Counted from the first letter of the stretch, positions 38,480 through 49,849 are shown. The stretch is 64,000 nt of DNA from Candidatus Uhrbacteria bacterium (GCA_016219925.1 JACRJU010000013.1:180472-244471), one strand, 5' to 3'. Notes: a model not told the origin generated them from the sequence alone. Translations and numbers: made by a program.

Positions 38480-39285
38480 ACGAACAAATTTTTGAGTTCC
38501 AAACGGACACGTCTACAGGCTTTAAGAAATCGTCGGTGCTTTAGTGTATCCCAAATAACCAAGATCGGAAAGAACACGGTCGCCCGAACGATTCTACGGG
38601 CTCGGCGTGGTTCGATCAACAGACGCCACATCCACTCCAATCCAAAATTTCTCATCCATTTTGGCGCGCGCGGACGCTTGTGCGAAAGCGTATCGAGAGT
38701 CCCACCAATGCCGATGCCAATCCGGATCCCGGGAATGTGCTGCATCACTTCAAAAACGAATCGCTCTTGTTTACCTTGTCCCAGAGCTACTCCCATCGCA
38801 TCGGGTTCAAAAAGACGGATGTGTTCCATGAACGTATCGGTGATCGTCATGGACGCGGAGTTTCCTTGAATGCGACCGGGATCCAATCCCTTTACTTCCA
38901 ATCCCGAAAATTCTTTTCTTAACTGTTCGCAGGCGAGAGTAGCGCTCTGTTCATCGGACCCGATGAGCAAAAGTCGGCGTCGGTTTTTTGCGCACTCTTG
39001 GGCGATCAGCAAAAGGGCATCAATGCCTGTATGGCGATGATGAAGCCGCTCATCGGTCAATGCGGCAATTCCAAAAATGAGTCCCACTCCATCGGGTAAA
39101 GAAATATCCGCTCGATTGAGGAGAGAGTGAAATGCTTGATCTCCCCGAGCTTGAAGTAAAAATTCCGGATTTGGCGTCACAACAAAAAGCTGTGTCCCTC
39201 CTTGCAGGGCGAGATCAAATTTTTGTTCAAGCTCGCCTTCTTCGAGGTCATCAATGCGAACGCCAAAAAGCCTATGGGAAATCAT
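38476..39285 (-). CDS. WecB/TagA/CpsF glycosyltransferase
   Basis: VTPNPE, PDGVG, KQE and RAPKWM..GLEW motifs. Confidence 0.92.
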   Translation of the reverse strand: MISHRLFGVRIDDLEEGELEQKFDLALQGGTQLFVVTPNPEFLLQARGDQAFHSLLNRADISLPDGVGLIFGIAALTDERLHHRHTGIDALLLIAQECAKNRRRLLLIGSDEQSATLACEQLRKEFSGLEVKGLDPGRIQGNSASMTITDTFMEHIRLFEPDAMGVALGQGKQERFVFEVMQHIPGIRIGIGIGGTLDTLSHKRPRAPKWMRNFGLEWMWRLLIEPRRARRIVRATVFFPILVIWDTLKHRRFLKACRRVRLELKNLFV

Positions 39286-39322
39286 AATCTGTTCAATATG
39301 GTATCATAAGTGTGAAATTTTC

Positions 39323-39363
39323 TTGACATCAGCCAATTGGCACTCTACACTTGTGAGTGCTAA
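39323..39363 (+). promoter_or_regulatory. clpB promoter with CIRCE (HrcA operator)
   Basis: TTGGCACTC-N9-GAGTGCTAA at 39337-39363; TTGACA-17-TACACT. Confidence 0.9.
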
Positions 39364-39374
39364 ATGCCCATTCT

Positions 39375-42050
39375 ATGATTCCAAATAATTTTACCCACAA
39401 GTCCCAGGAAGCTCTTCAGCAAGCGCACGCCATTGCTCTGGAGATGGGTCAGCAGGCGCTTGAACCAATTCATTTACTCTCTTCCCTTCTCTCACAAGAT
39501 GACGGCATCGTCGGGCCTTTGATCGATAAGCTCACTCCGATGCGCGATCATCTCCGTCATGATGTCGATGAAATTCTGGACTCTCTTCCGAAGACTGGAT
39601 CGACTCCGGCGGGGGGTGGCATGGCACAAATGTTTTTAAGTCAACAGATGGCGCAAGTGCTTTCAAACGCTCAAAAGGTTTCTCAAGAATTCAAAGATGA
39701 TTTTATCTCCACCGAGCATTTGTTAATTGGATTGTTGTCCAATAAACCCATTGCCCGCCTTTTGGCAAACTATCAGGTTGATGAAGAGAGTGTCATGCGT
39801 GCGCTCAAAGACATTCGCGGCAATCAGCGCGTGGATTCGCCGGAACCGGAGTCGCGCTATCAGGCTCTTGAGAAATATGGACAAGACCTGACGGAACTCG
39901 CGCGCAAAGGTGAGTTAGATCCGATCATTGGCCGTGACAGCGAGATTCGTCGTGTCATGCAAGTCCTTTCCCGTCGGACAAAAAATAATCCGGTGCTCAT
40001 CGGAGAAGCCGGCGTGGGAAAAACAGCAATTGTGGAGGGATTAGCTCAGCGTATTGTTTCAGGCGATGTTCCTGAACTGCTCAAAGATAAATTGGTTGTG
40101 ATGCTGGATTTGGGAGCCATGGTGGCTGGAACAAAATATCGCGGAGAGTTTGAAGATCGTCTCAAAGCCGTCATTAAAGAAATTGAAAGTTCGTCTGGCA
40201 AAATCGTTTTATTTATTGACGAACTGCATACCCTCGTCGGCGCGGGGACAACAGAAGGCGGTTCTTTGGATGCTTCAAACATGCTGAAGCCCGCGCTCGC
40301 GCGCGGCAAACTGCGCGCCATCGGAGCGACCACGCTGAAGGAATATCACAAATACGTTGAAAAAGATCCCGCGCTTGAGCGTCGTTTCCAGCCGGTTTTG
40401 GTGGAAGAACCATCCGTGGCTGACACGATTGCTATTTTGCGAGGCATTAAAGAAAAATACGAAGTGCATCATGGGGTGCGCATTTCGGATCCGGCTCTCG
40501 TTGCCGCGGCGCAGTTGTCCGCGCGTTATATCACCGAACGACATCTCCCCGACAAAGCCGTTGATTTGATTGATGAAGCGGCGAGCGCCCTGCGCCTCCA
40601 AATTGACTCCATGCCCGAAGAGCTTGATGTGCTCAAACGAGACATCATGCGATTTGAAATTGAGCAAAAGGCGCTTGTGAAGGAGGAAGATAAAACTTCA
40701 AAAGGACGTCTGAAGGAAATCGAAAAACAGTTGGCTGATTTGCGCGAGCAGGCCGGTGCGCTTGAAGGTCGCTGGAAAAACGAAAAAGAAAAAATCACCG
40801 AACTGCAGAATGCTAAAACGACGATTGAAAAATTGCGTGCCCAGGCAGAAATTGAAGAACGTCGTGGGGATTTGGAAAAGGTGGCGGAGATTCGCTATGC
40901 CAAAATTCCGGCACAAGAAAAGAAACTTCGGGAGACAGAACAGGCGTTAGCGAAATTGCAAAAAGAGCGTGGTCTTTTGAAAGAAGTTATTACCGAATCT
41001 GACATCGCCATGGTGATCGCACGCTGGACGCATATCCCTGTGTCCAAGATGCTCGAATCGGAAATGTCCAAGCTTGCGACCATGGAGCAGGTTCTTAGCC
41101 AGCGTGTGGTGGGCCAAGAAGAAGCGATCGCGGCCGTTTCCAACGCGCTGCGTCGTTCGCGCGCTGGCATCGGCGAAGAAAACCGTCCTATCGGTTCGTT
41201 TATTTTTCTCGGACCAACAGGCGTGGGCAAAACCGAACTCGCGCGCGCGCTGGCCGCGTTTATGTTTAATGATGAATCGGCTTTGATTCGACTGGACATG
41301 TCCGAGTACATGGAGAAACACGCTTCGGCCAAGATGATTGGATCGCCTCCGGGTTATGTCGGATATGAAGAAGGTGGCCAGCTTACAGAACTTGTTCGCC
41401 GTAAACCGTACAGTGTGATTCTTCTTGATGAAATCGAAAAAGCCCATCCCGACACCTTCAATTTGCTTTTACAGATTTTGGATGATGGACGATTAACCGA
41501 TGCCAAAGGACGCACGGTCAACTTCAAGAACACCATCATTATCATGACCAGCAATCTGGGATCGGACATCATTTTGAGCGCGGGAACAGTCGCTGGACAT
41601 CTTGGATTTGAAGATGGCGAAGAGACGCCTTCGGCGGAAGAAGAAGTGAAGGATCGCATCATGGGGCTTCTGAAAGAACAGTTCCGTCCGGAATTTCTCA
41701 ACCGCGTGGATGATGTCATCATGTTCCATTCACTTGCTCCTTTGCAGATCAGCCAAATCGTTGAGCTTCAGCTCAAGCGAGCGTTTGATCGACTGCTTGT
41801 TCAACGGGGGATTCATATTGATATTTCTGATACGGCAAAACGGCTGATCGCTCAAAAAGGTTATGATCCCGCTTATGGCGCACGACCGCTCAAACGTGTA
41901 ATCCAATCGCTGATTTTGGACCCACTTGCTTTAAAAATTGTGAGCGGAGAAGTTGGTGATGGTTCTCGGGTCTCCTTGGGAGCCAAAAATAACGAGATTA
42001 CCTTAAAAATCGAAAAAAGACTGGTAAAGACCCCCGTGGCGGCTGTATAA
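39375..42050 (+). CDS. clpB: ATP-dependent chaperone ClpB
   Basis: Two AAA+ modules ([16 protein letters not shown]) and a long middle coiled coil. Confidence 0.96.
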   Translation: MIPNNFTHKSQEALQQAHAIALEMGQQALEPIHLLSSLLSQDDGIVGPLIDKLTPMRDHLRHDVDEILDSLPKTGSTPAGGGMAQMFLSQQMAQVLSNAQKVSQEFKDDFISTEHLLIGLLSNKPIARLLANYQVDEESVMRALKDIRGNQRVDSPEPESRYQALEKYGQDLTELARKGELDPIIGRDSEIRRVMQVLSRRTKNNPVLIGEAGVGKTAIVEGLAQRIVSGDVPELLKDKLVVMLDLGAMVAGTKYRGEFEDRLKAVIKEIESSSGKIVLFIDELHTLVGAGTTEGGSLDASNMLKPALARGKLRAIGATTLKEYHKYVEKDPALERRFQPVLVEEPSVADTIAILRGIKEKYEVHHGVRISDPALVAAAQLSARYITERHLPDKAVDLIDEAASALRLQIDSMPEELDVLKRDIMRFEIEQKALVKEEDKTSKGRLKEIEKQLADLREQAGALEGRWKNEKEKITELQNAKTTIEKLRAQAEIEERRGDLEKVAEIRYAKIPAQEKKLRETEQALAKLQKERGLLKEVITESDIAMVIARWTHIPVSKMLESEMSKLATMEQVLSQRVVGQEEAIAAVSNALRRSRAGIGEENRPIGSFIFLGPTGVGKTELARALAAFMFNDESALIRLDMSEYMEKHASAKMIGSPPGYVGYEEGGQLTELVRRKPYSVILLDEIEKAHPDTFNLLLQILDDGRLTDAKGRTVNFKNTIIIMTSNLGSDIILSAGTVAGHLGFEDGEETPSAEEEVKDRIMGLLKEQFRPEFLNRVDDVIMFHSLAPLQISQIVELQLKRAFDRLLVQRGIHIDISDTAKRLIAQKGYDPAYGARPLKRVIQSLILDPLALKIVSGEVGDGSRVSLGAKNNEITLKIEKRLVKTPVAAV

Positions 42051-42059
42051 TTGCCCATC

Positions 42060-43490
42060 ATGGGATTTGCCAAACGGGTCATCAGTTCCTTCCTACTCGC
42101 TTCAACCCTTGCCTTTCCACAGGGGTTGTTTGCTCAATCTTTACCAGACCAGCCCCTTGATAGTTTTGATCCGAATTTCATCATTTCGGATCAAGACATG
42201 CTTGATACAGCTTCAACCAAAAAAGATGATCTCGCCTTGCTCCTTTCTCGTGGCTCGTTAGCCCAGTATTTCGGCCCAGATGTGAATGGGATTACCAGAA
42301 GCGCTGTTGATATTATTTGGAATGCCGCACAGACGTTTGGAATCAATCCAAGGTTTCTTCTTGTTCTGTTGCAACGTGAGCAAAGCCTTGTTGAAGACCC
42401 TCAACCCTCTCAAGATCAATTCGACTGGGCGATGGGTTATGGGGTGTGTGATGACTGCGCAAAAAGTGATCCGCGTTTGTTGAAATTCAAAGGCTTCGGC
42501 AAGCAAGTATACTACGCGGCCCAACGGATTCGTGAAGCCTTTTTGGCAGACCTTGAAACACGCGGTTACACCGAAACAGGGGTTGGACCCGGTCGGGAGG
42601 CGATCATTGATCAAACGCTTGTCGTTCCCGTCAATCATGCCACGGCGGTGTTATACAGCTACACCCCACATCTGCACGGCAACGCAAACTTCGCACGCAT
42701 CTGGCAACGCTGGTTCAATAGCACATTTCTTTCCGGCGCGCTCTTACAAGATCAAGGCACCGGCGGTATCTGGCTGATTCAAAATAGCAAGCGACGACCG
42801 ATCACTTCTCGCACGGCGTTTTTTTCGCGTTTTAATCCGGATCAGGTGATCAGCACGTCCTCGCAGACCATCAATCAATATGATCTCGGGGCGCCGATTC
42901 GATTTCCAAACTTCTCTCTTTTGCGTTCCCCACACGGAACGGTTTATCTCATCGACGGTGATACGCGTCGCGGATTTAAATCGCAAGAGGCCCTGCGCGC
43001 TCTTGGTTTTTCTTCGGACGAAATCGTTGATGTTCCTTGGGATGATTTGAACGTCTACACCGAAGGAACGCCGATTGATGTGGCAAGCGTCTACCCGCAA
43101 GGGGTTTTGCTTCAAGATAAATCAACGGGCGGGGTTTTCTTTGTACAGGATGGTCTGAAGCATCCCATCATGTCACGCGAGATCTTACAGACTCAATTTG
43201 CCAATCGAGTTATCGTGACGGTTGCCAGTTCACATATCGCAACCTACACGACCGGCGATCCCGTTCTTTTCCCCGACGGAACCCTCGTCGCCGCTTTAGA
43301 CTCGCCTGATGTGTTCGTCGTCGAAAACGGGATGAGGCGGCATATTACGGATGAAGCCACATTCGCTTCTTACGGATGGAAGTGGAGTCAAGTCGTTTGG
43401 ACCAATGAACGTTCTGTTTTGCTCGAGCCTCTCGGAAAGGATGTCACAACCGCCCTCCGCGCTGACGAACTCACCATCGCCACGCCTTAG
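42060..43490 (+). CDS. Secreted protein with a lysozyme-like N-terminal domain and four C-terminal repeats
   Basis: Signal peptide; INPRFLLVLLQREQ and YTPH motifs; repeats of the form G.(V/I)(W/Y/F)...G.(K/R)(R/H).I. Confidence 0.65.
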   Translation: MGFAKRVISSFLLASTLAFPQGLFAQSLPDQPLDSFDPNFIISDQDMLDTASTKKDDLALLLSRGSLAQYFGPDVNGITRSAVDIIWNAAQTFGINPRFLLVLLQREQSLVEDPQPSQDQFDWAMGYGVCDDCAKSDPRLLKFKGFGKQVYYAAQRIREAFLADLETRGYTETGVGPGREAIIDQTLVVPVNHATAVLYSYTPHLHGNANFARIWQRWFNSTFLSGALLQDQGTGGIWLIQNSKRRPITSRTAFFSRFNPDQVISTSSQTINQYDLGAPIRFPNFSLLRSPHGTVYLIDGDTRRGFKSQEALRALGFSSDEIVDVPWDDLNVYTEGTPIDVASVYPQGVLLQDKSTGGVFFVQDGLKHPIMSREILQTQFANRVIVTVASSHIATYTTGDPVLFPDGTLVAALDSPDVFVVENGMRRHITDEATFASYGWKWSQVVWTNERSVLLEPLGKDVTTALRADELTIATP

Positions 43491-43500
43491 CCATCACCTT

Positions 43501-44289
43501 ATGATTGTCTTTGCCGCTTTCACCCCGCACTCCCCTCTTCTGATGGATTCCATCGGAAAAGAAAATCTTAAATACCTCGAAGATTCACGAACGGCTTTGG
43601 GCAAACTTGCCGCATCGCTTGAAGCAAGCCGCCCGGATGTCATCTTTATCGTTTCTTCACATACCCTCCTTCATGAGGAGGCGTTCTCGTTGAATTTGCA
43701 CGATCAATATGTGGCTGAACTGAAGGATTTCGGTGATCATTCCACGCACAAAACATTCATGCCGGATTTAGAGCTGACGACCACCATCCAGCGTTTGGCG
43801 CGCACCTCTCAAATCCCGTTCGTTTTGGAGTCGTATGAATCGCTCGATTATGGGAGCAGTGTTCCTCTGTTGTTGTTAACACAGAGAATTCAACCGAAGT
43901 TGATCCCTATTGCTTATGCGGGCATGGACCGCAAAGCGCACATGGCTTTTGGTCGTCTTCTCAAGGAAGTGGCTTTGATGAGTGATAAGCGCATTGCCGT
44001 TATTGCCTCCGGAGACTTGGCGCATAGTTTGACCTCGGAAGCTCCTGTGGGTTTTCGCAAAGAAGGCAAACAGTTTGATGAAACTCTCGTGCGTTGTGTT
44101 GAACAGTTTTCTGCCTCAGCTCTTTTGTCCCTTGATGAAGAAATCATTGAGCAATCCGCGCAGTGCGCCCTCAAGCCGATGCTCGTCCTGCTCGGCCTGC
44201 TTGAACGCATGCATGTGCGCAGTGAACTCTTATCTTATGAAGCCCCGTTTGGTGTTGGTTACTTGGTGGCGCAATTTCATGTGCTATGA
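43501..44289 (+). CDS. MEMO/LigB-like protein (AmmeMemoRadiSam protein B)
   Basis: PHSP, IASGDLAH and YEAPFGVGY motifs. Confidence 0.8.
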   Translation: MIVFAAFTPHSPLLMDSIGKENLKYLEDSRTALGKLAASLEASRPDVIFIVSSHTLLHEEAFSLNLHDQYVAELKDFGDHSTHKTFMPDLELTTTIQRLARTSQIPFVLESYESLDYGSSVPLLLLTQRIQPKLIPIAYAGMDRKAHMAFGRLLKEVALMSDKRIAVIASGDLAHSLTSEAPVGFRKEGKQFDETLVRCVEQFSASALLSLDEEIIEQSAQCALKPMLVLLGLLERMHVRSELLSYEAPFGVGYLVAQFHVL

Positions 44290-46115
44290 TCGCTGAAGTT
44301 TATCCTCTGCGACGATTATCGCGCGCGATCCCTTTTTTTGACTACGAGATTCCGACGGATCTTGTGCTCAAGCGCGGGGATTTTGTTTGGATCCCTTTGC
44401 GCCAACGAGAAGTTCTCGGAGTGGTGAAACGGGTAAAACCCTCTCGACCAAGAGGCCTCCGCCTCAAACAAATTGCTTGCGTCAGTTCCGTAGCCGCATT
44501 GAGGGAGGAAGAGCTCTCTTTTTTTGAATCTGTCGCGATCTCTCTGGCTCAACCGGTGGCAAATCTGCTTTTTACCTCTCTGCCACAACCGTCGAAAAAA
44601 ACTTCTGTTTTTGTCGCACCCGTTTACAATTCGTCCCCGCTCACGATTCCCTCAAAAGAGGCTCCAACCGTGGCGCGCTTGGCGTCTGCGTTATGTGAAC
44701 GTCGCGAATCATTTGTGCAGGTCCCTGATTTGCGACGAGCCGCCTGCGTGATCGCTTGTGCTCTTGGGCAAAAACCGTCTGGCAAATATCTTCTCATGTG
44801 TCCCCATGTGATCGATGCTCGGCGTCTCGCAGATGCGTTATCAGTATTTTCGCCTTTATGCGTTACGGGTGAGGAATCTGCATCGAAACGATTTGGCCTG
44901 TGGGAAGCCTATCGTTGCGCAGATCAAGCTCTCTTAATCACCACACGTACGGGCGTCTTTTGGGCGGACGCCAAGACGGATGGACTGTTTGTGGTACGAA
45001 GCAGTCATCCCGATCATGTTCAGCACGACCGTAACCCTCGTTTGGATTCGCGCAGGATTGCTCAAACATTTGCCCGCGCGTTCACCGCGAGTTTAACTTT
45101 TTTTGATGTTTGTCCTCGTGTCGAAGATCTGGCCTGCTTCGCACAAGAGGCGATTTTCAGTTACTCCATTTCTTCAGAAGTCCGGATCATTGATATCACG
45201 CGTGAACGACCTGTTTCAGGTGATGTGACTCTTATGCCAAGCGTTGTGACAGCCATAGAAGAAACCATCCAAAAAGGACAGCGTGTGTTGCTGGTATTTA
45301 ATCGCAAGGGATTTGCGGCCCGATGGCGATGCCAAGATTGTGGAAACACGATTGATTGTCCGCTTTGTGGCGGAGCCGCGAGTGCCGGAGAGCACACATT
45401 GGTTTGTGCTCGTTGTCTTCGCACCCAGGCCGTACCTCTCGCTTGTCCGACGTGCCACAGTCCGCAGGTGCGCGCAAGAGGCTATGGAAATGAACGACTT
45501 GCCCAGACTCTCCAACGTCTCTTTCCAAACCAGAGCCTTTGTATTGTTGACAGCGAACATCCCGAATCGTCCAAGGCACAAATCACTCTTGCCACACAAT
45601 ACGACATCGAAAATCATTTCGATCCCTTTCATCCTGACCCCCTTGGACTCGTCGTTCATCTCAATCCGGATGCTCCACTCTTCTCGCCAGATTTTCGTTC
45701 TAGCCAACGAGCTCTTTGGTCTGTTTATGAATGGCTTGGCGTTGCTCATGCCAGCGGCGCGGCGTATTGGCTTTCTTCTGAAGAGCAAGAATTCTTTGCG
45801 AGTGCTTTGAACGATCCCCTTCCGGTTTTACAAGCCGAACTTGCGTTTCGCAAACACTATGGTCAGCCACCCTTTTCCGTTTGGGCAATGGTGACATTCA
45901 AAGAATCCGAAAAACATAAGCGTGAACAAGAAGTTCATATGCTCAAACAATCCCTTGAGGCCATCGAGACAACGAAAGTGAGTGCCCTTTCATCAGATTC
46001 GGTCGATCAAGCTCGTTTGCGCGTTTCCCTCTCTTCAGAACGCGTCCCAGAGCTTCTGGCGATCTTCACAGGCCTCGACGACCGCTATATCATTGACATG
46101 AACGCTTTTTCTTGA
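44286..46115 (+). CDS. priA: Primosomal protein N', with degenerate helicase motifs
   Basis: N-terminal FDY..P/GDFV.IP; NRKG plus four CxxC; G.ER; PPF; priA-def-fmt synteny. Confidence 0.8.
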   Translation: MIAEVYPLRRLSRAIPFFDYEIPTDLVLKRGDFVWIPLRQREVLGVVKRVKPSRPRGLRLKQIACVSSVAALREEELSFFESVAISLAQPVANLLFTSLPQPSKKTSVFVAPVYNSSPLTIPSKEAPTVARLASALCERRESFVQVPDLRRAACVIACALGQKPSGKYLLMCPHVIDARRLADALSVFSPLCVTGEESASKRFGLWEAYRCADQALLITTRTGVFWADAKTDGLFVVRSSHPDHVQHDRNPRLDSRRIAQTFARAFTASLTFFDVCPRVEDLACFAQEAIFSYSISSEVRIIDITRERPVSGDVTLMPSVVTAIEETIQKGQRVLLVFNRKGFAARWRCQDCGNTIDCPLCGGAASAGEHTLVCARCLRTQAVPLACPTCHSPQVRARGYGNERLAQTLQRLFPNQSLCIVDSEHPESSKAQITLATQYDIENHFDPFHPDPLGLVVHLNPDAPLFSPDFRSSQRALWSVYEWLGVAHASGAAYWLSSEEQEFFASALNDPLPVLQAELAFRKHYGQPPFSVWAMVTFKESEKHKREQEVHMLKQSLEAIETTKVSALSSDSVDQARLRVSLSSERVPELLAIFTGLDDRYIIDMNAFS

Positions 46116-46130
46116 GATCATGCCGCTCTT

Positions 46131-46604
46131 ATGTCAAACCTTCCGATCTTAATCCTTCCTGACCCAGCCCTACGGATCCCTTCGATGGAAGTTCCGATTT
46201 CGGAATGGTCTTCTTCGCGTCTTAGAAAACTCATTGAGGATTTGAAAGAGACGATGGCTATTGAAAATGGCGTGGGGATTGCGGCCCCACAAGTCGGCGT
46301 GAGAGAGCGTGTGATTATTGTGGATTCCGGTCAAGGCCCGCAGGCATTTATCAATCCACACATCATTCAAAAATCCTTTCGGAAAATCGAAAGCGAAGAG
46401 GGATGTCTTTCTGTTCCGGGGGTATTCGGCATGGTGCGCCGTCATCGAAGTGTTGTCATTGAAGCTTTTGATGAAGAAGGTCGGTCGGTAACGATTCGTG
46501 CAAAACAATTTCCCGCCATCGTGTTTCAACACGAGATCGATCATCTTGATGGTATCTTATTTGTGGACCGTGTGACACGCTATACCAAGCACCCCAAGAT
46601 TTAA
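46131..46604 (+). CDS. def: Peptide deformylase
   Basis: GVGIAAPQ, EGCLS and QHEIDH motifs. Confidence 0.97.
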   Translation: MSNLPILILPDPALRIPSMEVPISEWSSSRLRKLIEDLKETMAIENGVGIAAPQVGVRERVIIVDSGQGPQAFINPHIIQKSFRKIESEEGCLSVPGVFGMVRRHRSVVIEAFDEEGRSVTIRAKQFPAIVFQHEIDHLDGILFVDRVTRYTKHPKI

Positions 46605-46609
46605 TCGAT

Positions 46610-47623
46610 ATGACAAGGCTCATTTTTTTTGGCACACAGGCCTGGGCGGCGACGCTTCTTCACGCACTCGCGCAAGATTCATTTTTTGAAGTCGTGGGAG
46701 TTATCACCCAACCGGATCAAGCGGTCGGACGTAAACAACAGCTTGAGGCCAGCCCCGTGAAACAAGAGGCTTTACGTTTAGGTCTTCAGGTTTTTACGCC
46801 GAATAATTTAAAAGAAGAAGCTTTTGTTGAAAAGCTTCGATCATTGAGGGGTGAAGTTTCCGTCGTGGTGGCTTACGGTAAACTGCTTCCATCCACTCTT
46901 GTTCATTTGTGTCCTCGCGGAACGGTCAACGTCCACCCTTCCCTTCTTCCTAAATGGCGTGGACCATCTCCGGTTCAAGCCGCCATTGCAAACGGCGATA
47001 CCCAGAGTGGAATTTCTGTCATGGTGATTGATACGAAAATGGATCATGGCCCGATTCTGGCTCAAGAGATTATCCCGATTGAGGAGACAGAAACGTTTGC
47101 CTCTTTTATGCAAAAGGTGACTCAACGAGCCGTTATTCTTTTACCCCAAACACTGAAGGCCTATCTCAAAGGAGAGATCGTCGCTTTTGAACAAGATCAC
47201 GATCAGGCCAGCGTCTGTCGAATGTTGACGCGAGAAGATGGTCGCGTAGATTGGAATCAAAGCGCAAAGGCGGTCGAACGAACCTTTCGAGCTTATCAGT
47301 CATGGCCGGGTTTATGGACCCTTGTGAACCACAAAGGTGCCCCGATGCGTCTGAAGTTCAACCGGTTGGTTTTATCTTCGAAGATCACTCAACGAACTCC
47401 CGGCGCGCTTTATGAATACGGCGGGGCTTTATTTGCCGCTACAGCCGATGGGGTTCTTGAACTTCTGGAGGTTCAGCCTGAAGGGAAAGCGCCGATGACA
47501 TCGAAAGCTTTTCTTTCCGGATATCGGGATGTGCTGGAACCGTCATTTTTTGAAAGACCACAGCCGAACGATCTAAAAACACAAACGCAAGCAAAAGATA
47601 GCCAAGTCCGATCGGATGGTTGA
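46610..47623 (+). CDS. fmt: Methionyl-tRNA formyltransferase
   Basis: TQPD, VAYG, NVHPSLLPKWRG and MDHG motifs. Confidence 0.96.
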   Translation: MTRLIFFGTQAWAATLLHALAQDSFFEVVGVITQPDQAVGRKQQLEASPVKQEALRLGLQVFTPNNLKEEAFVEKLRSLRGEVSVVVAYGKLLPSTLVHLCPRGTVNVHPSLLPKWRGPSPVQAAIANGDTQSGISVMVIDTKMDHGPILAQEIIPIEETETFASFMQKVTQRAVILLPQTLKAYLKGEIVAFEQDHDQASVCRMLTREDGRVDWNQSAKAVERTFRAYQSWPGLWTLVNHKGAPMRLKFNRLVLSSKITQRTPGALYEYGGALFAATADGVLELLEVQPEGKAPMTSKAFLSGYRDVLEPSFFERPQPNDLKTQTQAKDSQVRSDG

Positions 47624-49007
47624 GATATGGCGAAAGCAGATGGGTCGTGGTCAAGAAAAGCAGGCCAGCCATGAATCCATCACCAATCCAAGACGAAGCC
47701 AGATGCGTCTGATGAAAAAATCCGCGAAAAAGATTTCCGATCAGCCAAAGAAAACCAAGTGGACCCATGAGTCCCATCTTCAACCACAGTTCGAGCCAGC
47801 CCCATTCCATCGATCCGGTTGACCACGAACCGTCTGGATGAATTTCACGGACACGTGGATCATCTGATATAAACGAAACCACAGATCCAAAACCGTGGCC
47901 GATGAGGGGATGCTGATAAATCGCTTCGGTCATCGGGCCGATGAGTTTCCAGCGGCTTGATATCGCCACATCTTCCTTGGTGCGATGACTCACCGCATCA
48001 AAAACATCCCCAAGACCGATGTGTTGAGAGGGAAACGGAAAGAAGACCGCGATGCTGATCCAGACGATAGAAAAAAGAACACTGAACGCTCCGAGAGTTG
48101 CAGAGGCTCGCCACACAGAGGCGGGCGTTTTTTTATACAGAGCGCGAATGAACAGCCAGAGGATAGCCACCACGAGGCCAACCCAAAAACTTCGCGATAA
48201 CGAAAGCAAGGTGATGGCTAGTGTTCCACCTAAAACAGCGCCGAGCACCCATCGATCTTTACCGTGCCAGTTTGATGCGCCTGCCAGCGTGAGGAAAAGA
48301 AGTCCACCCGTAATGGAAAAGAATTGCGTTTGTGAAAAGACGCGATAAAAACCGCTGTCGAATTTTGTAATTTCAGCGAGCCGAATGTCGCGAATGAAAA
48401 CATAAGCATTGCGAAGAAGCTGAACATCAAAGTGCGAAAACACGTATAGAAGGACGAGGGTGACTATGATATTCCAAACGAGGCCGGCGGCAAAGAGATT
48501 GAGCATCCATCGGCGTTCGCTCGCGCTCCACGAATGAGCAAGAATAGGAATGCCGTAGAGCAAATACAGATAGGCGTTTCCGTCTTTAAATGCGGTCAAC
48601 ACGCTCTGTGAAAAAAAACCGTTAAGTAAACCAATGCCAATAGCCGCGCAAAGGGGTAAGAGAAAATAGACGGCGGGCTTCCATAAAGAAAGACGCATCC
48701 GTGTTCGAAAAAGAAAAATGAGATAACCCACAAAAAATCCGACCAAAACAGCCATGCGCAATGAAAAAACGATTGGCAATCCTTCCGCAAATAGGAGATG
48801 GCCATGAGGATTTGAAAATAATTCCAAAAAAACCCCACCAAGACCCCAGACCGGTGAGAGACTCGATGCGATTATAACGGCCAAGGCCGCTACCGCAAGC
48901 AAAAGCCAAGAGAGTCCGAAAAGATATCCGACGATCGAAAAACAAAAAGTCAGAATGATGATCCCGAGGCCGATCCAAAAAGGTTTGCCGAAAAATTGAT
49001 CTCTCAC
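47439..49007 (-). CDS. O-antigen ligase/polymerase-like membrane protein
   Basis: Multi-TM; SLSRSFW and HPLIGHGFG motifs; in a glycosyltransferase operon. Confidence 0.75.
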   Translation of the reverse strand: MRDQFFGKPFWIGLGIIILTFCFSIVGYLFGLSWLLLAVAALAVIIASSLSPVWGLGGVFLELFSNPHGHLLFAEGLPIVFSLRMAVLVGFFVGYLIFLFRTRMRLSLWKPAVYFLLPLCAAIGIGLLNGFFSQSVLTAFKDGNAYLYLLYGIPILAHSWSASERRWMLNLFAAGLVWNIIVTLVLLYVFSHFDVQLLRNAYVFIRDIRLAEITKFDSGFYRVFSQTQFFSITGGLLFLTLAGASNWHGKDRWVLGAVLGGTLAITLLSLSRSFWVGLVVAILWLFIRALYKKTPASVWRASATLGAFSVLFSIVWISIAVFFPFPSQHIGLGDVFDAVSHRTKEDVAISSRWKLIGPMTEAIYQHPLIGHGFGSVVSFISDDPRVREIHPDGSWSTGSMEWGWLELWLKMGLMGPLGFLWLIGNLFRGFFHQTHLASSWIGDGFMAGLLFLTTTHLLSPYLNHPIGLGYLLLAFVFLDRSAVVFQKMTVPAHPDIRKEKLSMSSALSLQAEPPEVQEPHRL

Positions 49008-49849
49008 ATGGGCTTAATCAAACTGGCAAGCAGACTCATGAGATAAAAAACCGGTTCAAGAATCCAGAATACCAGTCCAACCATAGGGCCATAATGTTTG
49101 CGCATATAGCGGCGCACACTTCGGCGCAGGACGTTCTGTTTTTGCACCGTGGGAACCCGATCGAAACTGCTTCCTTTCTTGTGACGCGCTTGGATTCCGG
49201 AAAAATAGTGAACGCGCCACCCGGCCTCTCTCGCCCGTTTACAGTAATCCACCTCTTCATACCAAATGAAAAAACCTTGATCAAGCGGTCCGATCGAATC
49301 GATAACTTTACGGCGGATGCAAAAGAAGGCGCCCATCACTTGATCGACATCGCTATCCTGACCATAATCAAAATCATCCATACGCCAGTGGGCAACCGGT
49401 CCGATGTTTGGCAAGAGGTGATGCAATTTGAAAAGCACGAGCATCTGGCTGAATGGTTCTGGAAAATGCCACACACATGCCTGTTGGGTGCCATCCAAGT
49501 TTTTGAGCGAGATGCCACCGATGCCGATGTCTGGATGCGCGCGCATCGCATCACGTATCTGATAAAGCGCCCCATCGGTAAAAATGATGTCGGGATTGAG
49601 CAGAACGATGAATTCATCATTTGCCTGCTGAAGGCCCAAATTACACCCGCCGGCAAAACCGAGATTGGTAGGGCTGTCAATCCAGATGACTTCATCGAAA
49701 CGTGCTTTGAGTTTTGACAGGTCATCGCCAGAGCCGTTTTCGACGACGATCACTTGTATCCCTCCGCGTTGATGGTACGCAAAGAGCGATTCAAGCATGC
49801 GCTCCAAATAGTCGGCTGTTTTGTAGTTGATTGTAATCGTTGAAATCAT
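49004..49849 (-). CDS. GT2 glycosyltransferase
   Basis: NLGFAGGCN, LLNPD and YEEVD motifs. Confidence 0.92.
   Translation of the reverse strand: MISTITINYKTADYLERMLESLFAYHQRGGIQVIVVENGSGDDLSKLKARFDEVIWIDSPTNLGFAGGCNLGLQQANDEFIVLLNPDIIFTDGALYQIRDAMRAHPDIGIGGISLKNLDGTQQACVWHFPEPFSQMLVLFKLHHLLPNIGPVAHWRMDDFDYGQDSDVDQVMGAFFCIRRKVIDSIGPLDQGFFIWYEEVDYCKRAREAGWRVHYFSGIQARHKKGSSFDRVPTVQKQNVLRRSVRRYMRKHYGPMVGLVFWILEPVFYLMSLLASLIKPM

Noticed and set aside
39337-39363. CIRCE as a novel palindrome
   Set aside because: It matches the established HrcA operator and is listed as a feature only
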